Of a DNA stretch of 64,000 nt, positions 1 to 8,304 are shown piece by piece. The stretch lies in the NCBI GenBank assembly GCA_040398845.1, contig JBBATH010000002.1:75559-139558 (forward strand), in the 5' to 3' direction. Under the pieces are notes generated by a model that did not search any database, was not told the DNA's origin, and saw only the letters and a program-made list of their open reading frames with translations. The DNA is from Candidatus Nanopelagicales bacterium. Its GTDB lineage: Bacteria > Actinomycetota > Actinomycetes > S36-B12. The position numbers and the translations under genes are program-made. Positions within the stretch are counted from its first letter, which is position 1, and every line of letters begins with the position of its first letter.

Positions 1-680
1 CTTGTTGACATTCGCGCGGCGTCCGCCTTGTTTCGCATGTTGCCGAGTTCGACGATCACCGTCGGGACGTCGCTGAAGTTCAGCGTGGTCTGATCACCGC
101 GGATCGACAGCGTGCTCGACAGGTAGGTTGCGGGCTCGGCACCGGCGCGAGTCATGCCGCTGATCATCGCGCGGGCCAGCTGGCGGCCCGGCTTCGCGAC
201 GTCGGTCGTCCAGCCCTTAATGGCGCTAGGCGCAATGACGTGGAACCCGCGACCGCTCGCGGGGGCGCCATCAGCGTGGATGCTGATCATGGCGTCGGCC
301 TTGGCCTCAGTGCCGATCTTGGCCCGGTCCCAGGTGCAGGGGCCCCAGGCATCACGCGAGTTCGATGAACGGGTGAACACCACGGTCGCACCCTGTTCCT
401 CGAGCAGGGTGCGGAGCCGCTTGGCGACCCGCCAGTTGAAGGTCACCTCGGGCAGCCCGGCATTCGTTGCGGTGCCGGTCGTGTTGCAGCCCTTAACTAT
501 CGAGCCGTTGAACTTTGTCGCGCTCATCTCCTTGGCGAACTTCGGGTTCGAGTTGCCGAGCTGATGGCCGGGATCGAGGACGATGATGCGCCCAGCAAGC
601 GGCTTCTCGGCAGCAGCGGCCGGCGCCTGGAAAGCCAGTCCGAGCAGGGAGGCAGCAAGGACCGCGGGGATAAGCCTCAT
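1..680 (-). CDS. N-acetylmuramoyl-L-alanine amidase (Amidase_3-like), secreted; 3' end lies beyond the window start
   Basis: Absent from the ORF track because it is open at position 1. My reverse translation from the ATG at 680-678 reads [43 protein letters not shown]...KADAMISIHADGAPASGRGFHV...VIVELGNMRNKADAARMST, with no stop down to position 1. It has a signal peptide plus DPGH and SIHADG motifs. Its ATG overlaps the TGA of the upstream GNAT gene (ATGA). Confidence 0.75.
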   Translation of the reverse strand, partial: MRLIPAVLAASLLGLAFQAPAAAAEKPLAGRIIVLDPGHQLGNSNPKFAKEMSATKFNGSIVKGCNTTGTATNAGLPEVTFNWRVAKRLRTLLEEQGATVVFTRSSNSRDAWGPCTWDRAKIGTEAKADAMISIHADGAPASGRGFHVIAPSAIKGWTTDVAKPGRQLARAMISGMTRAGAEPATYLSSTLSIRGDQTTLNFSDVPTVIVELGNMRNKADAARMST

Positions 681-1186
681 AGCACCAGCAGCATACGGTG
701 GTTGCCGAGCGTGTTCGGCTTCGCACGCTCAAGCCCCAGCATCTCGGCGACACCCTCGTCATATGAGTCGAGCAACTGCTCGTACACCGCATGATCGACG
801 GGCACACCGTCGATTTCCACGAACCCGTGGCGAGCAAAGAACTCGGTCGCGAAGGTCAGGCAGAACACTCGTTTGATGCCGAGGGTGCGAGCCCTCGCGA
901 GCAATGCAAGGAGGACAGCGGACCCGATGCCAGTGCGCTGGGTGCCCGGCACGACGGCGACGGTGCGCACCTCAGCGAGGTCCGCCCACAGGACGTGTAG
1001 CGCCCCGCAGCCGAGCACCTCACCACCTGAGGTCCCATCGACTGCCACGACGAATTCCTGCACATCCTCGTAAAGCGTCACCATGCTCTTCTTCAGCATC
1101 CGCGGGCCGTCGCCCGCAAAGCTGTCGACGAGCGCCCGGATCGCTCGGACATCACCGGTCTCGGCCGGCCGAATGATTGCGTTCAT
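677..1186 (-). CDS. GNAT family N-acetyltransferase (ArgA-like amino-acid acetyltransferase)
   Basis: 169 aa. Acetyl-CoA binding region [28 protein letters not shown]. The start overlaps the lysS stop by 4 nt. Confidence 0.75.
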   Translation of the reverse strand: MNAIIRPAETGDVRAIRALVDSFAGDGPRMLKKSMVTLYEDVQEFVVAVDGTSGGEVLGCGALHVLWADLAEVRTVAVVPGTQRTGIGSAVLLALLARARTLGIKRVFCLTFATEFFARHGFVEIDGVPVDHAVYEQLLDSYDEGVAEMLGLERAKPNTLGNHRMLLVL

Positions 1187-2700
1187 CGCTCTGGTTTCAC
1201 GAGCGGGAACAGAATGGTCTCGCGGATGCCGAGCCCAGTGAGCGTCATGAGAAGCCGGTCGATGCCGATGCCCACGCCTCCTGACGGCGGCATGCCGTAT
1301 TCCAGTGCTCGCAGGAAGTCCTCGTCGAGGCGCATCGCTTCGGCATCGCCCCCTGCGCCGAGCGCGGCCTGCTCCACGAGCCGCTGGCGCTGGATGACGG
1401 GGTCGACGAGCTCGGAGTAGCCGGTGGCCTGCTCATAGCCGTTGACGTACAGGTCCCATTTCTCCACCTTGCCGGCATCCGTGCGGTGGTCGCGCACGAG
1501 CGGCGAGGTATCGACCGGGAAGTCCATGACAAAGACTGGTCGACCCTCGAAGGTGTCGATAACGTGATGTTCGAACAGCTCCTCCACGAGCTTGCCGGCA
1601 ATCGCCGACGACTGCACCTCGATCCCCGCCTTCGAGCAGAGGGCGAGCAGTTCCTCCCGACTCGTCAGCGGGGTGATCTCGACCCCGACGGCGTCCGAGG
1701 TCGACCCATAAAGCGAGATCTCCGGCCACACCCCCGAGAGGTCGTGGACCGAGCCGTCCGCGTGCACCACCTCGAGGGTGCCAACGGCCGCTAGGGCTGC
1801 CTCTTGGATGAGCTCACGGGTGAGCGCCGCTACGTCGCGATAGTCGGCATAGGCCTGATAAAACTCGAGCATCGCAAACTCTGGTGAATGGGTGGAGTCG
1901 GCGCCCTCATTACGGAAGTTTCGGTTGATCTCGAAGACCCGCTCGATTCCGCCGACGACTGCTCGCTTCAAGAACAGCTCCGGTGCAATCCGAAGAAAGA
2001 GCTCAAGGTCAAAGGCGTTGGACGTTGTCACGAACGGACGGGCCGTGGCACCGCCGTGCATCGTCTGGAGCATCGGGGTCTCGATCTCGAGGAACCCCCG
2101 GGAATCGAGGCTGCGGCGCAGGGCTGCCACCGCCGCCACGCGAGTGCGCGCCATCTGGCGGGCCTCCGGCCGCATGATGAGGTCGACGTAGCGCTGGCGG
2201 ACCCGGGTGTCCTCGCTCAGGGGCTTATGGGAGACCGGTAGCGGACGCAGTGCCTTCGCGGCCATCGACCACGTGTCGGCGAGCACTGAGAGTTCGCCCC
2301 GTTTTGAGGTGATGACCTCACCGTGGACGAACACATGATCGCCGATATCTACCAGCGCTTTCCAAGAATCAAGCTGCTCCTCGCCGACATTTGCCAGCGA
2401 CAGCATCGCCTGGAGTTCGACGCCCTCGCCGGAACGAAGGGTGGCGAAGCAGAGCTTGCCGGTATTGCGGACGAACATAACTCGCCCAGCGACACCCACC
2501 TTCTCACCGGTCGCCCCATCGGGTTCGAGATCAGGGTACGCCGCGCGAACACCGGCAATGGTCGAGGTGATCGGTACCTGAACCGGGTAGGGATCCATAC
2601 CCGCTTCGGTGAGGCGCTCGCGCTTATCGCGCCGGATCCGCATCTGCTCGGGAAGGTCTTCCTCCGGCTCGACGACAACCTCTGCCTGCTCAGTGCTCAC
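1183..2700 (-). CDS. lysS: lysine--tRNA ligase (class II)
   Basis: 505 aa. N-terminal OB-fold region, then class II core ([30 protein letters not shown]). Confidence 0.95.
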   Translation of the reverse strand: MSTEQAEVVVEPEEDLPEQMRIRRDKRERLTEAGMDPYPVQVPITSTIAGVRAAYPDLEPDGATGEKVGVAGRVMFVRNTGKLCFATLRSGEGVELQAMLSLANVGEEQLDSWKALVDIGDHVFVHGEVITSKRGELSVLADTWSMAAKALRPLPVSHKPLSEDTRVRQRYVDLIMRPEARQMARTRVAAVAALRRSLDSRGFLEIETPMLQTMHGGATARPFVTTSNAFDLELFLRIAPELFLKRAVVGGIERVFEINRNFRNEGADSTHSPEFAMLEFYQAYADYRDVAALTRELIQEAALAAVGTLEVVHADGSVHDLSGVWPEISLYGSTSDAVGVEITPLTSREELLALCSKAGIEVQSSAIAGKLVEELFEHHVIDTFEGRPVFVMDFPVDTSPLVRDHRTDAGKVEKWDLYVNGYEQATGYSELVDPVIQRQRLVEQAALGAGGDAEAMRLDEDFLRALEYGMPPSGGVGIGIDRLLMTLTGLGIRETILFPLVKPER

Positions 2701-2862
2701 GGAGCACAGGGTATGCGATCGATGGAAGACCCCTCCTCACTCACGACGTGAGGAGTCTCGTGGGACAGGACCTTCGGCCATGGAGTCCCTACGAAGGTCA
2801 CTATCTGACGCCCTGCGATCTACGCGACAGTGCACTCACCAAACCTAATGAGGAGAAAAACC

Positions 2863-3327
2863 ATGGCATCACAAGGAAAATCCCCCGCTGCATCCTGGAT
2901 CTCCATCGTGCTGATCGTCGTGGGGGCAGTCTTGGCCATTACGGGCACCGTCAGCTACGTAATGGTCGGCTCAACCCTCGCTGATGAGCGCATCACTGTC
3001 TCGGAGGATGCCTGCCTCGGCGGCAACACCGTGAGCGGACCCTTCCAGGCCTACTGCGAGGCCATGATCATCGAGGTCCATGCGACCGAGGCGACCGGCG
3101 GCAAGACCTACGCAGAGCTCGATCGTGAGGATCCGCTTCGCCAGACGGCGATGACCGGCTCCTTCCTTCGCGCCTCACTGTTCACCTCCGTGGTCGCCTT
3201 CGGAGTCTCGGCCCTCGTTGTCGGACTCGGCGCCCTGTTCATCCTCACCGGCTTCGGCCTGCGCAGTCTCACCGATCGCAAAGAGGACGCCACGCAGGCC
3301 CCGGTTCCGCCCGCGGCAACCGCCTAG
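2863..3327 (+). CDS. small membrane protein, unknown function
   Basis: The ATG at 2863 is preceded by gaggag. Two hydrophobic helices (WISIVLIVVGAVLAITG and FGVSALVVGLGALFILTGF). The longer 2830 start lacks an RBS. Confidence 0.5.
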   Translation: MASQGKSPAASWISIVLIVVGAVLAITGTVSYVMVGSTLADERITVSEDACLGGNTVSGPFQAYCEAMIIEVHATEATGGKTYAELDREDPLRQTAMTGSFLRASLFTSVVAFGVSALVVGLGALFILTGFGLRSLTDRKEDATQAPVPPAATA

Positions 3328-3357
3328 TTGGTCTGTGGGCCGCACTACGCTCATTCT

Positions 3358-4047
3358 ATGAGTTGTGCGGCCCACATTTGCGTCCCGCCCGTCACGGGCG
3401 TCATCTTCGATATTCACTCAACACTCATCGATCAGGGAAACGCGAGCCATTGGCTCGATGCCGCACTTCTCAGGTCTCCGACCCCGCTTGCGGCCGATGA
3501 GCGCGCAGCACTCGAGTCCTTCCTCGACCTCATCTGGGAGGGCGCACGGATCAGCGATCCCGAGAGCACACGAGACCTATCCTTCGCCGCCCATGAACGA
3601 GTGTTCCACGAGCTCCTCGCTGCCGGCCCCGGCATCGACCCGGCGCTCGGTGCGGCCCTCTACGGGGTCATGCTCGACGTGTGGCATGCATATGAGGACA
3701 CGGTCCCCACCTTGGAGGCCCTACAGGAGTTGGGGGTCAAGGTGTGCCTGCTGTCCAATGCCGGGGTCCCGATCCGGACGGTGCTCGATCGCGAGGGCCT
3801 CACACCGCTCATCAATGGAGTCGTCCTCTCATGCGAAGTGGGCCTGGTGAAGCCGGATATTCGAATCTTCCAAACAGCCCTTGACGCAATCGCCTGCCCT
3901 GCAAACGAAGCGCTCATGGTTGGCGACAGCGGTCGCGATGACAGCGGGGGCACCGCGCTCGGCATCCGCACGCTCATCCTGCCGAGAACCAGCGGGCCAG
4001 TTCACGGACTGGGCGCTGTTGTGTCACTCGTGCGCCCCAGCCACTAG
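3358..4047 (+). CDS. HAD-superfamily hydrolase
   Basis: Motif I-like VIFDIHSTLID near the N-terminus, LLSNAG (motif II), and K...VGDSGRDD (motifs III/IV). The start is chosen to place motif I about 17 aa in. The TAG stop lies inside the CTAG at the IS boundary. Confidence 0.7.
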   Translation: MSCAAHICVPPVTGVIFDIHSTLIDQGNASHWLDAALLRSPTPLAADERAALESFLDLIWEGARISDPESTRDLSFAAHERVFHELLAAGPGIDPALGAALYGVMLDVWHAYEDTVPTLEALQELGVKVCLLSNAGVPIRTVLDREGLTPLINGVVLSCEVGLVKPDIRIFQTALDAIACPANEALMVGDSGRDDSGGTALGIRTLILPRTSGPVHGLGAVVSLVRPSH

Positions 4048-4618
4048 GGCGTGTCTCCAATGTTGAGCGGGTGTGAGGCCTGATCATGGTGATAGGTCAC
4101 GTACCGCTGTTCTTTCTGAGGAGATGTGGGCTCGTATTGAGCCGTCGCTGCCTCCAGTGAAGGGGGAGATGGGCAGGCCGATGCGGTCTGAGAACCGCAC
4201 GCTGATTGAGGGGTAGATCTAGCGTCTTCGAACGGGGTGCGCGTGGCGTGATCTGCCAGCGGAGTTCGGGCCGTGGCAGACGGTCTGGAAGCGTCACGCT
4301 CGCTTCTGCAAGGACAGGACGTGGGACGCGGTCCTGATCGCTGTCCAGGCCGAGGCGGATGCCAAGGGGGAGATCGCCTGGAATGTGTCGGTCAACTCCA
4401 CGATGGCCCGTGTTCACCAGCATGGGGCTACTGCTCCGAGGTCTGACGTGAAGGTCACCGCTCACACAGGGGGCTCGGTCGAATGACAAAGCATCGCTGG
4501 GTAGCGGGAACGAACCGAACGATCACGCCATCGGTCATTCCCGGGGTGGCCTGACGACCAAGACCCATGCACTGGTCAACGGCCGTGGGCTGCCGCAGGT
4601 CCTGATCCTGACGACCGG
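4044..4618 (+). mobile_element. Truncated copy (left 575 bp) of a decayed IS5-family / IS427-group-like insertion sequence
   Basis: By eye, base-for-base the same as 8305..8879 (offset 4261); the ORF track gives identical translations for 4097..4489 and 8358..8750. It starts with the IR ctagggcgtgtctcc. It encodes a DUF4096-type transposase N-terminus, LSEEMWARIEPSLP...RLRTGCAWRDLPAEFGPWQTVWKRHARFCKDRTWD, broken by in-frame stops (LIEG*I*). Homology ends abruptly at 4618. Confidence 0.85.
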
Positions 4619-4839
4619 AGGCAGTCAGCAAGGTCGGACCGGTCATGAAGAATCTGGACCTCAAGAACCCACTCGTCCGTGACGCAATCCTGCCAGGGCA
4701 CAAGTCGCCGCTGGATTACTACGAGTGCAACATCGCCATCGTCGCCGATTACACGTACACCTAATCCAGAACCTGTTTGGCCCCGAGCAACAAATTGACA
4801 TTCCAGATTTCATGAATACACGTGTGATAGGGTTCAGAC

Positions 4840-5886
4840 ATGGTAGTAAGCGTCCCTGCCCTGCTACAGGATGAGCTTGCCCGTCGTGACTGGCGACAGG
4901 CGGACCTCTGCCGCGTGCTCGGTTGGTCGACGCAGTCACTCTCTGAGCTCATGCAAGGCAAACGCCGGCTTGATACATCGATGGCTTTGGACCTCGAGTG
5001 CCTCACCTGCGAAGGTGCTGAGTACTGGCTCAACGCCCAACTCGCTGCTGACCTCGACAGTGCCCGGCGCAAGGACAGCCTCGCTGATCGAAACTCCAAC
5101 ATCCGTGCACGAGCCGAAGTGGAGTCGCTGGCACCAGTTCGCGAACTCATCCGCCGCCATTACGTCACAGCCAAGGAGCCGAGCGATCAGCTTGAGCAGG
5201 TTCGCCGACTCATCGGTGACGATGTGGCCTTCGGCGCCTTCGCAAAGCGAAGTGTCAATGGCACACCATTCACCCGAACGCAGGCTGCGTGGATGGCGAT
5301 TGCCCGGGACGTGGCCCACACGAGGGTTAGTAACGCCTTCAATTGCGAGCTCTTCGCGAAGTTTGCTGCCGAGCTGCCAAGGACTGTCCGTGACCCCGAA
5401 CACTTCCGTCGTCTGCCCGCTGACTTCGCAAGCCTAGGTGTTCGCATCGTATACGTGAAGCCGTTTCCCGGTGGCCGCATCGATGGCGTGTCCATGCGCC
5501 TAGACGACAAACCGATGATCGCCTTGTCGGGGCGAGGCAAGCGCCTCGACAAAGTTCTCTTCGCCCTACTTCACGAGTGTGCTCACATTGTCAGTGGAGA
5601 TTGGCTTCTCGGTCCTCGCGTGCACGAGGACAATCACGAGCAAGTCGTTGGTGATGATGCATCCGAAGCCGCCATTAGCGCTCTGGCGACTGACTGGGTA
5701 TTCCCCCGTGGGATGACCTTCCGTGGCCCACCCACGCGCCAGATCGTCCAAGATGTGGCCGATGAGTTCAACGTGGCGCCAGCAATCGTCGTAGGCCATC
5801 TCCAGCACTCCGGTGTTATCGATTGGTCATCCATTCTCAGCCGAGGACTACCCACCGTGGAGGAGCAGCTGATGTCTTGGACATAA
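4840..5886 (+). CDS. Xre/HigA-like HTH fused to an ImmA/IrrE (COG2856) zinc metallopeptidase
   Basis: 348 aa. N-terminal HTH RQADLCRVLGWSTQSLSELMQGKRRL. C-terminal HExxH in ALLHECAHIVSGD, typical of ImmA/IrrE peptidases. Confidence 0.8.
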   Translation: MVVSVPALLQDELARRDWRQADLCRVLGWSTQSLSELMQGKRRLDTSMALDLECLTCEGAEYWLNAQLAADLDSARRKDSLADRNSNIRARAEVESLAPVRELIRRHYVTAKEPSDQLEQVRRLIGDDVAFGAFAKRSVNGTPFTRTQAAWMAIARDVAHTRVSNAFNCELFAKFAAELPRTVRDPEHFRRLPADFASLGVRIVYVKPFPGGRIDGVSMRLDDKPMIALSGRGKRLDKVLFALLHECAHIVSGDWLLGPRVHEDNHEQVVGDDASEAAISALATDWVFPRGMTFRGPPTRQIVQDVADEFNVAPAIVVGHLQHSGVIDWSSILSRGLPTVEEQLMSWT

Positions 5887-5891
5887 AACAC

Positions 5892-5924
5892 GTCCGGATG
5901 GGTGCACGAAGCACCCACCCGGAC
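5892..5924 (+). terminator. Strong hairpin directly after the HTH-ImmA stop (possible terminator or attenuator)
   Basis: GTCCGGATGGGTGC acgaa GCACCCACCCGGAC: 14-nt arms with 1 mismatch and a 5-nt loop, beginning 6 nt after the stop. No U-tract follows. Confidence 0.45.
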
Positions 5925-5991
5925 ATTGCCAAAGCGGCTGCAACCGCTAGGCCCCCTCCCAGCCACGCGAAGAACCGAAAAGGACTTCATC

Positions 5992-6696
5992 ATGCTAACC
6001 CCTGACCGCTCCTGCTGTTCGTGCGATCCACCCCTTTGGCGTGCGGCGCGCGAAACTCTTCTCACCAGAGATCTGTTTTGGTACCCACCCGGCTTTCCTG
6101 TTGTGGGCGAATGGCAGATGCCTCTTTTGCCTGCACCCTCGCTCGACACGAGCCCGAGCCACTTCGCCCCCTACGACAAGAGAGCCGCGAACGAGGAACC
6201 TTCCTCGACGCTACTCCACGGGTACACGGCCAACCGGAAGCTACAGAGCCAACTGACTCGGCCCCACGAGTGGAGCGAGCGATTCGAAGGCTTTTGGGGA
6301 ACCGTCACACCAGACTTCTCCATGTGGGTCGACGACCCACTCGACATCAAGGTCTTTGCTACGCGCATGAGTCGCTCCGTCGGCGCTTTTCACGCCAGTC
6401 GCGGTCACCGTGTGCTACCCGGCATTCGCTGGACCGGACCCGCTGATTACGCATTCTGCTTCGATGGCATCACCCGGGGATCCGCAGTATCGGTGTCCAA
6501 CTACGGGTCGTGGAGGGATCCGGAGATGAGAGACCGCTTCCTCATCGGACTACCCGTGATGGTCGAAGTCCTCGAACCGTCAGTCGTCTTCGTTCACGGC
6601 ACTATGGATCACCGCTTATTCAGGATCCTCCAGAGCAAGACAGCCTTTATCCCACTGCAGACGCGCTGGAACAGCATGACAACGCAGGCTGGCTGA
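5992..6696 (+). CDS. DUF4417-like protein
   Basis: The ATG at 5992 is preceded by aaaagga. From memory of the DUF4417 profile it matches at FWGTVTPDFSMWVDDPLDIKVFATRMSRSVGAFHASRGHRVLPGIRWTGPADYAFCFDGITRGSAVSVSNYG (PDFS...YR.R..G...G..ViP...W....y.fcFdGi..gs.v.vS). Not verified by a search. Confidence 0.6.
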   Translation: MLTPDRSCCSCDPPLWRAARETLLTRDLFWYPPGFPVVGEWQMPLLPAPSLDTSPSHFAPYDKRAANEEPSSTLLHGYTANRKLQSQLTRPHEWSERFEGFWGTVTPDFSMWVDDPLDIKVFATRMSRSVGAFHASRGHRVLPGIRWTGPADYAFCFDGITRGSAVSVSNYGSWRDPEMRDRFLIGLPVMVEVLEPSVVFVHGTMDHRLFRILQSKTAFIPLQTRWNSMTTQAG

Positions 6697-7082
6697 TGGG
6701 CGGGCATTCTGGAGGTGGTTTCGCCGCCGGATCGCCTCGCTCCCCGCAAGCTTTCGAGAGGAACGCTTCTGCGCTTCTTCGTCGCTTCCCAGTGAACCAA
6801 CAGGGCCTCTTCGGCGTTCCAGGCCGTGGCAGCACGCGCCGGCTGTACAGCGACGACCCTGCGGCCACGGCCCGATACTTCTACGACACCCTCGGTCGTG
6901 GCGGTGCGCTACGCCGCATCGATCGTGGTTACATCCGCACTTTCGATGACGGTACGCACGTCACCTACCGCCCAGTCTCAGGATCAGACGGGAGTCCGGC
7001 CATCCAGATCACTGTCCGAAACCCAAACTCTCCCCTGGCCCGGTACCAAAAAATCCACTTCATGAAAGGCTCCGACCAATGA
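6696..7082 (+). CDS. hypothetical 128-aa protein (candidate small toxin-like module)
   Basis: Its ATG shares one base with the upstream TGA (TGATG at 6694-6698). Sequence MGGHSGGGF...IRTFDDGTHVTYRPVSGSDGSPAIQITVRNPNSPLARYQKIHFMKGSDQ. No domain recognised. The long 6510 start would overlap the DUF4417-like gene by 187 nt. Confidence 0.5.
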   Translation: MGGHSGGGFAAGSPRSPQAFERNASALLRRFPVNQQGLFGVPGRGSTRRLYSDDPAATARYFYDTLGRGGALRRIDRGYIRTFDDGTHVTYRPVSGSDGSPAIQITVRNPNSPLARYQKIHFMKGSDQ

Positions 7083-7666
7083 AACACGTGAACGTCACCC
7101 TCGCTCAGCGCGACATGTCCATGCTCGCGCCGCTCATCGGCGGACGTTGGGTCTTTATGGCCGGTGAAGCAATGACCCCTCACATGTTTTCGCCCGTGGA
7201 TGTCATCGTGAACACGACCAACGGTGCCGTGCGCATCGTGTCGGAGACGTTCGACTCCGACTTCGAAGGTGGCGAGGACGATACATACGCGCGCTTGTGG
7301 ATTTCCGATGACGTGAGCAGTCTGCGCGTCGCCCGACGCGAGGGGAACGTCTACGTCCACCACAGGGATGAACTCATTGATGACGTTCTCGTCGTGAGAG
7401 ACACCGTGTCGGCCATTGAGTCCGGGGAGACCCTGTGGACGTTGACTACCGATGTCGCCATCGTGTTCCAACTCAGCGGTAGCGTCATCTCGATTGCAAA
7501 AGGCAGTCACCACACTGAGATGCTCAGCGTGACCATGGCCCGCGGTCTGAAGTTGCTTGAGATCCCTGACTGTGTCGATGAATGGCAGGACGATCTGACC
7601 ATCCGCCACGAGTCCAGTCGAGAGTTGATCCCTCTAGCGACCTTGATGGCAGACGGGCCGAGGTGA
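7079..7666 (+). CDS. hypothetical 195-aa acidic protein (candidate cognate partner/immunity)
   Basis: Its ATG overlaps the upstream stop (ATGA at 7079-7082). Acidic, with no signal peptide or TM segment. No recognisable domain. Confidence 0.5.
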   Translation: MKHVNVTLAQRDMSMLAPLIGGRWVFMAGEAMTPHMFSPVDVIVNTTNGAVRIVSETFDSDFEGGEDDTYARLWISDDVSSLRVARREGNVYVHHRDELIDDVLVVRDTVSAIESGETLWTLTTDVAIVFQLSGSVISIAKGSHHTEMLSVTMARGLKLLEIPDCVDEWQDDLTIRHESSRELIPLATLMADGPR

Positions 7667-7737
7667 CTAAGGATGCGCGAATTAACAACGTAGGTTTTCG
7701 CGTGTGAGGGGCGTACGGCCGTATTACGTCCGCGAGC

Positions 7738-8304
7738 GTGGAACTTGTCGATTCCGTCGGGCGACGGTACGAGGTGTTACGGCCGCATCTGGATGAGCGT
7801 CAGCGTCGGTTGCTTCCCGGGGCGGAGGCAGGGGTGCTGGGGCGTGGCGGGATCAAGGTGGTCGCGGTGGCGACGGGCACTCACCCGGACACGGTTGCTC
7901 GGGGGGTGCAGGACTTGGAGGGCATTGACGAACCGGTGGTGCGGGTGCCGTTGCCGGGCGGTGGTCGCAAGAAGTTGTCGGTGAGTGACCCGCAACTGCT
8001 GGCGGAGTTGAAGGCGTTGGTGGATCCGGAGACCCGGGGGGATCCGATGTCGTTGCTGGTGTGGACGACGAAGCCGACGAGGAACTTGGCTGCGACGTTG
8101 ACCCAGTCGGGTCATCGGGTGTTGGACCGTACGGTGGCCAAAATGCTGCGTGACTTGGGTTTCGGGTTGCAGGAGAATGCGAAGGTGACTAAAGGTCGTC
8201 AGCATGAGGACCGTGATGCCCAATTCGGCTACTTGGCGGGGCAGGTCGCCGAGCAGGCGCGAGATGGCCAACCGGTGATCTCCGTTGACACCAGGAAGAA
8301 AGAA
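7738..8304 (+). pseudogene. ISAzo13-family (DDE_Tnp_ISAZ013) transposase, N-terminal fragment interrupted by the IS5-like element
   Basis: RRYEVLRPHLDERQRRLLPGAEAGVLGRGGIKVVAVATG...RGDPMSLLVWTTKPTRNLAATLTQSGHRV...RQHEDRDAQFGYL...QPVISVDTRKKEL matches the N-terminal third of ISAzo13-type transposases as I remember them. The frame runs straight into the IS inverted repeat at 8305. Only GEF continues after the IS. Confidence 0.75.

Noticed and set aside
154-837. Track ORFs 154..564 (+), 493..837 (-), 564..794 (+) and 583..876 (+) at the left edge
   Set aside because: They overlap a minus-strand frame that reads as a clean secreted amidase from the ATG at 680 to the window edge, with strong family motifs. 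The track ORFs are Arg/Ala/Ser-rich shadow frames, typical of high-GC DNA.
2733-2755. Hairpin CTCCTCAC tcacgac GTGAGGAG between divergent lysS and the small membrane protein gene; considered as a T-box or lysine riboswitch element
   Set aside because: It is far too short for either leader, and no specifier or antiterminator features are visible. It is probably incidental or a simple operator.
4619-4763. 145 bp after the truncated IS copy, readable as ...VMKNLDLKNPLVRDAILPGHKSPLDYYECNIAIVADYTYT*; considered as a remnant of a HigB-type toxin preceding the HigA-like HTH
   Set aside because: Only the terminal (V/I)xDY resembles HigB ends. The rest does not match the family as I remember it, and the piece is too short to call.
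6510-6695. Upstream extension of the 128-aa ORF (track start 6510)
   Set aside because: It would overlap the DUF4417-like gene by 187 nt in another frame. The ATG at 6696, sharing a base with the upstream TGA, is the more usual coupled arrangement.
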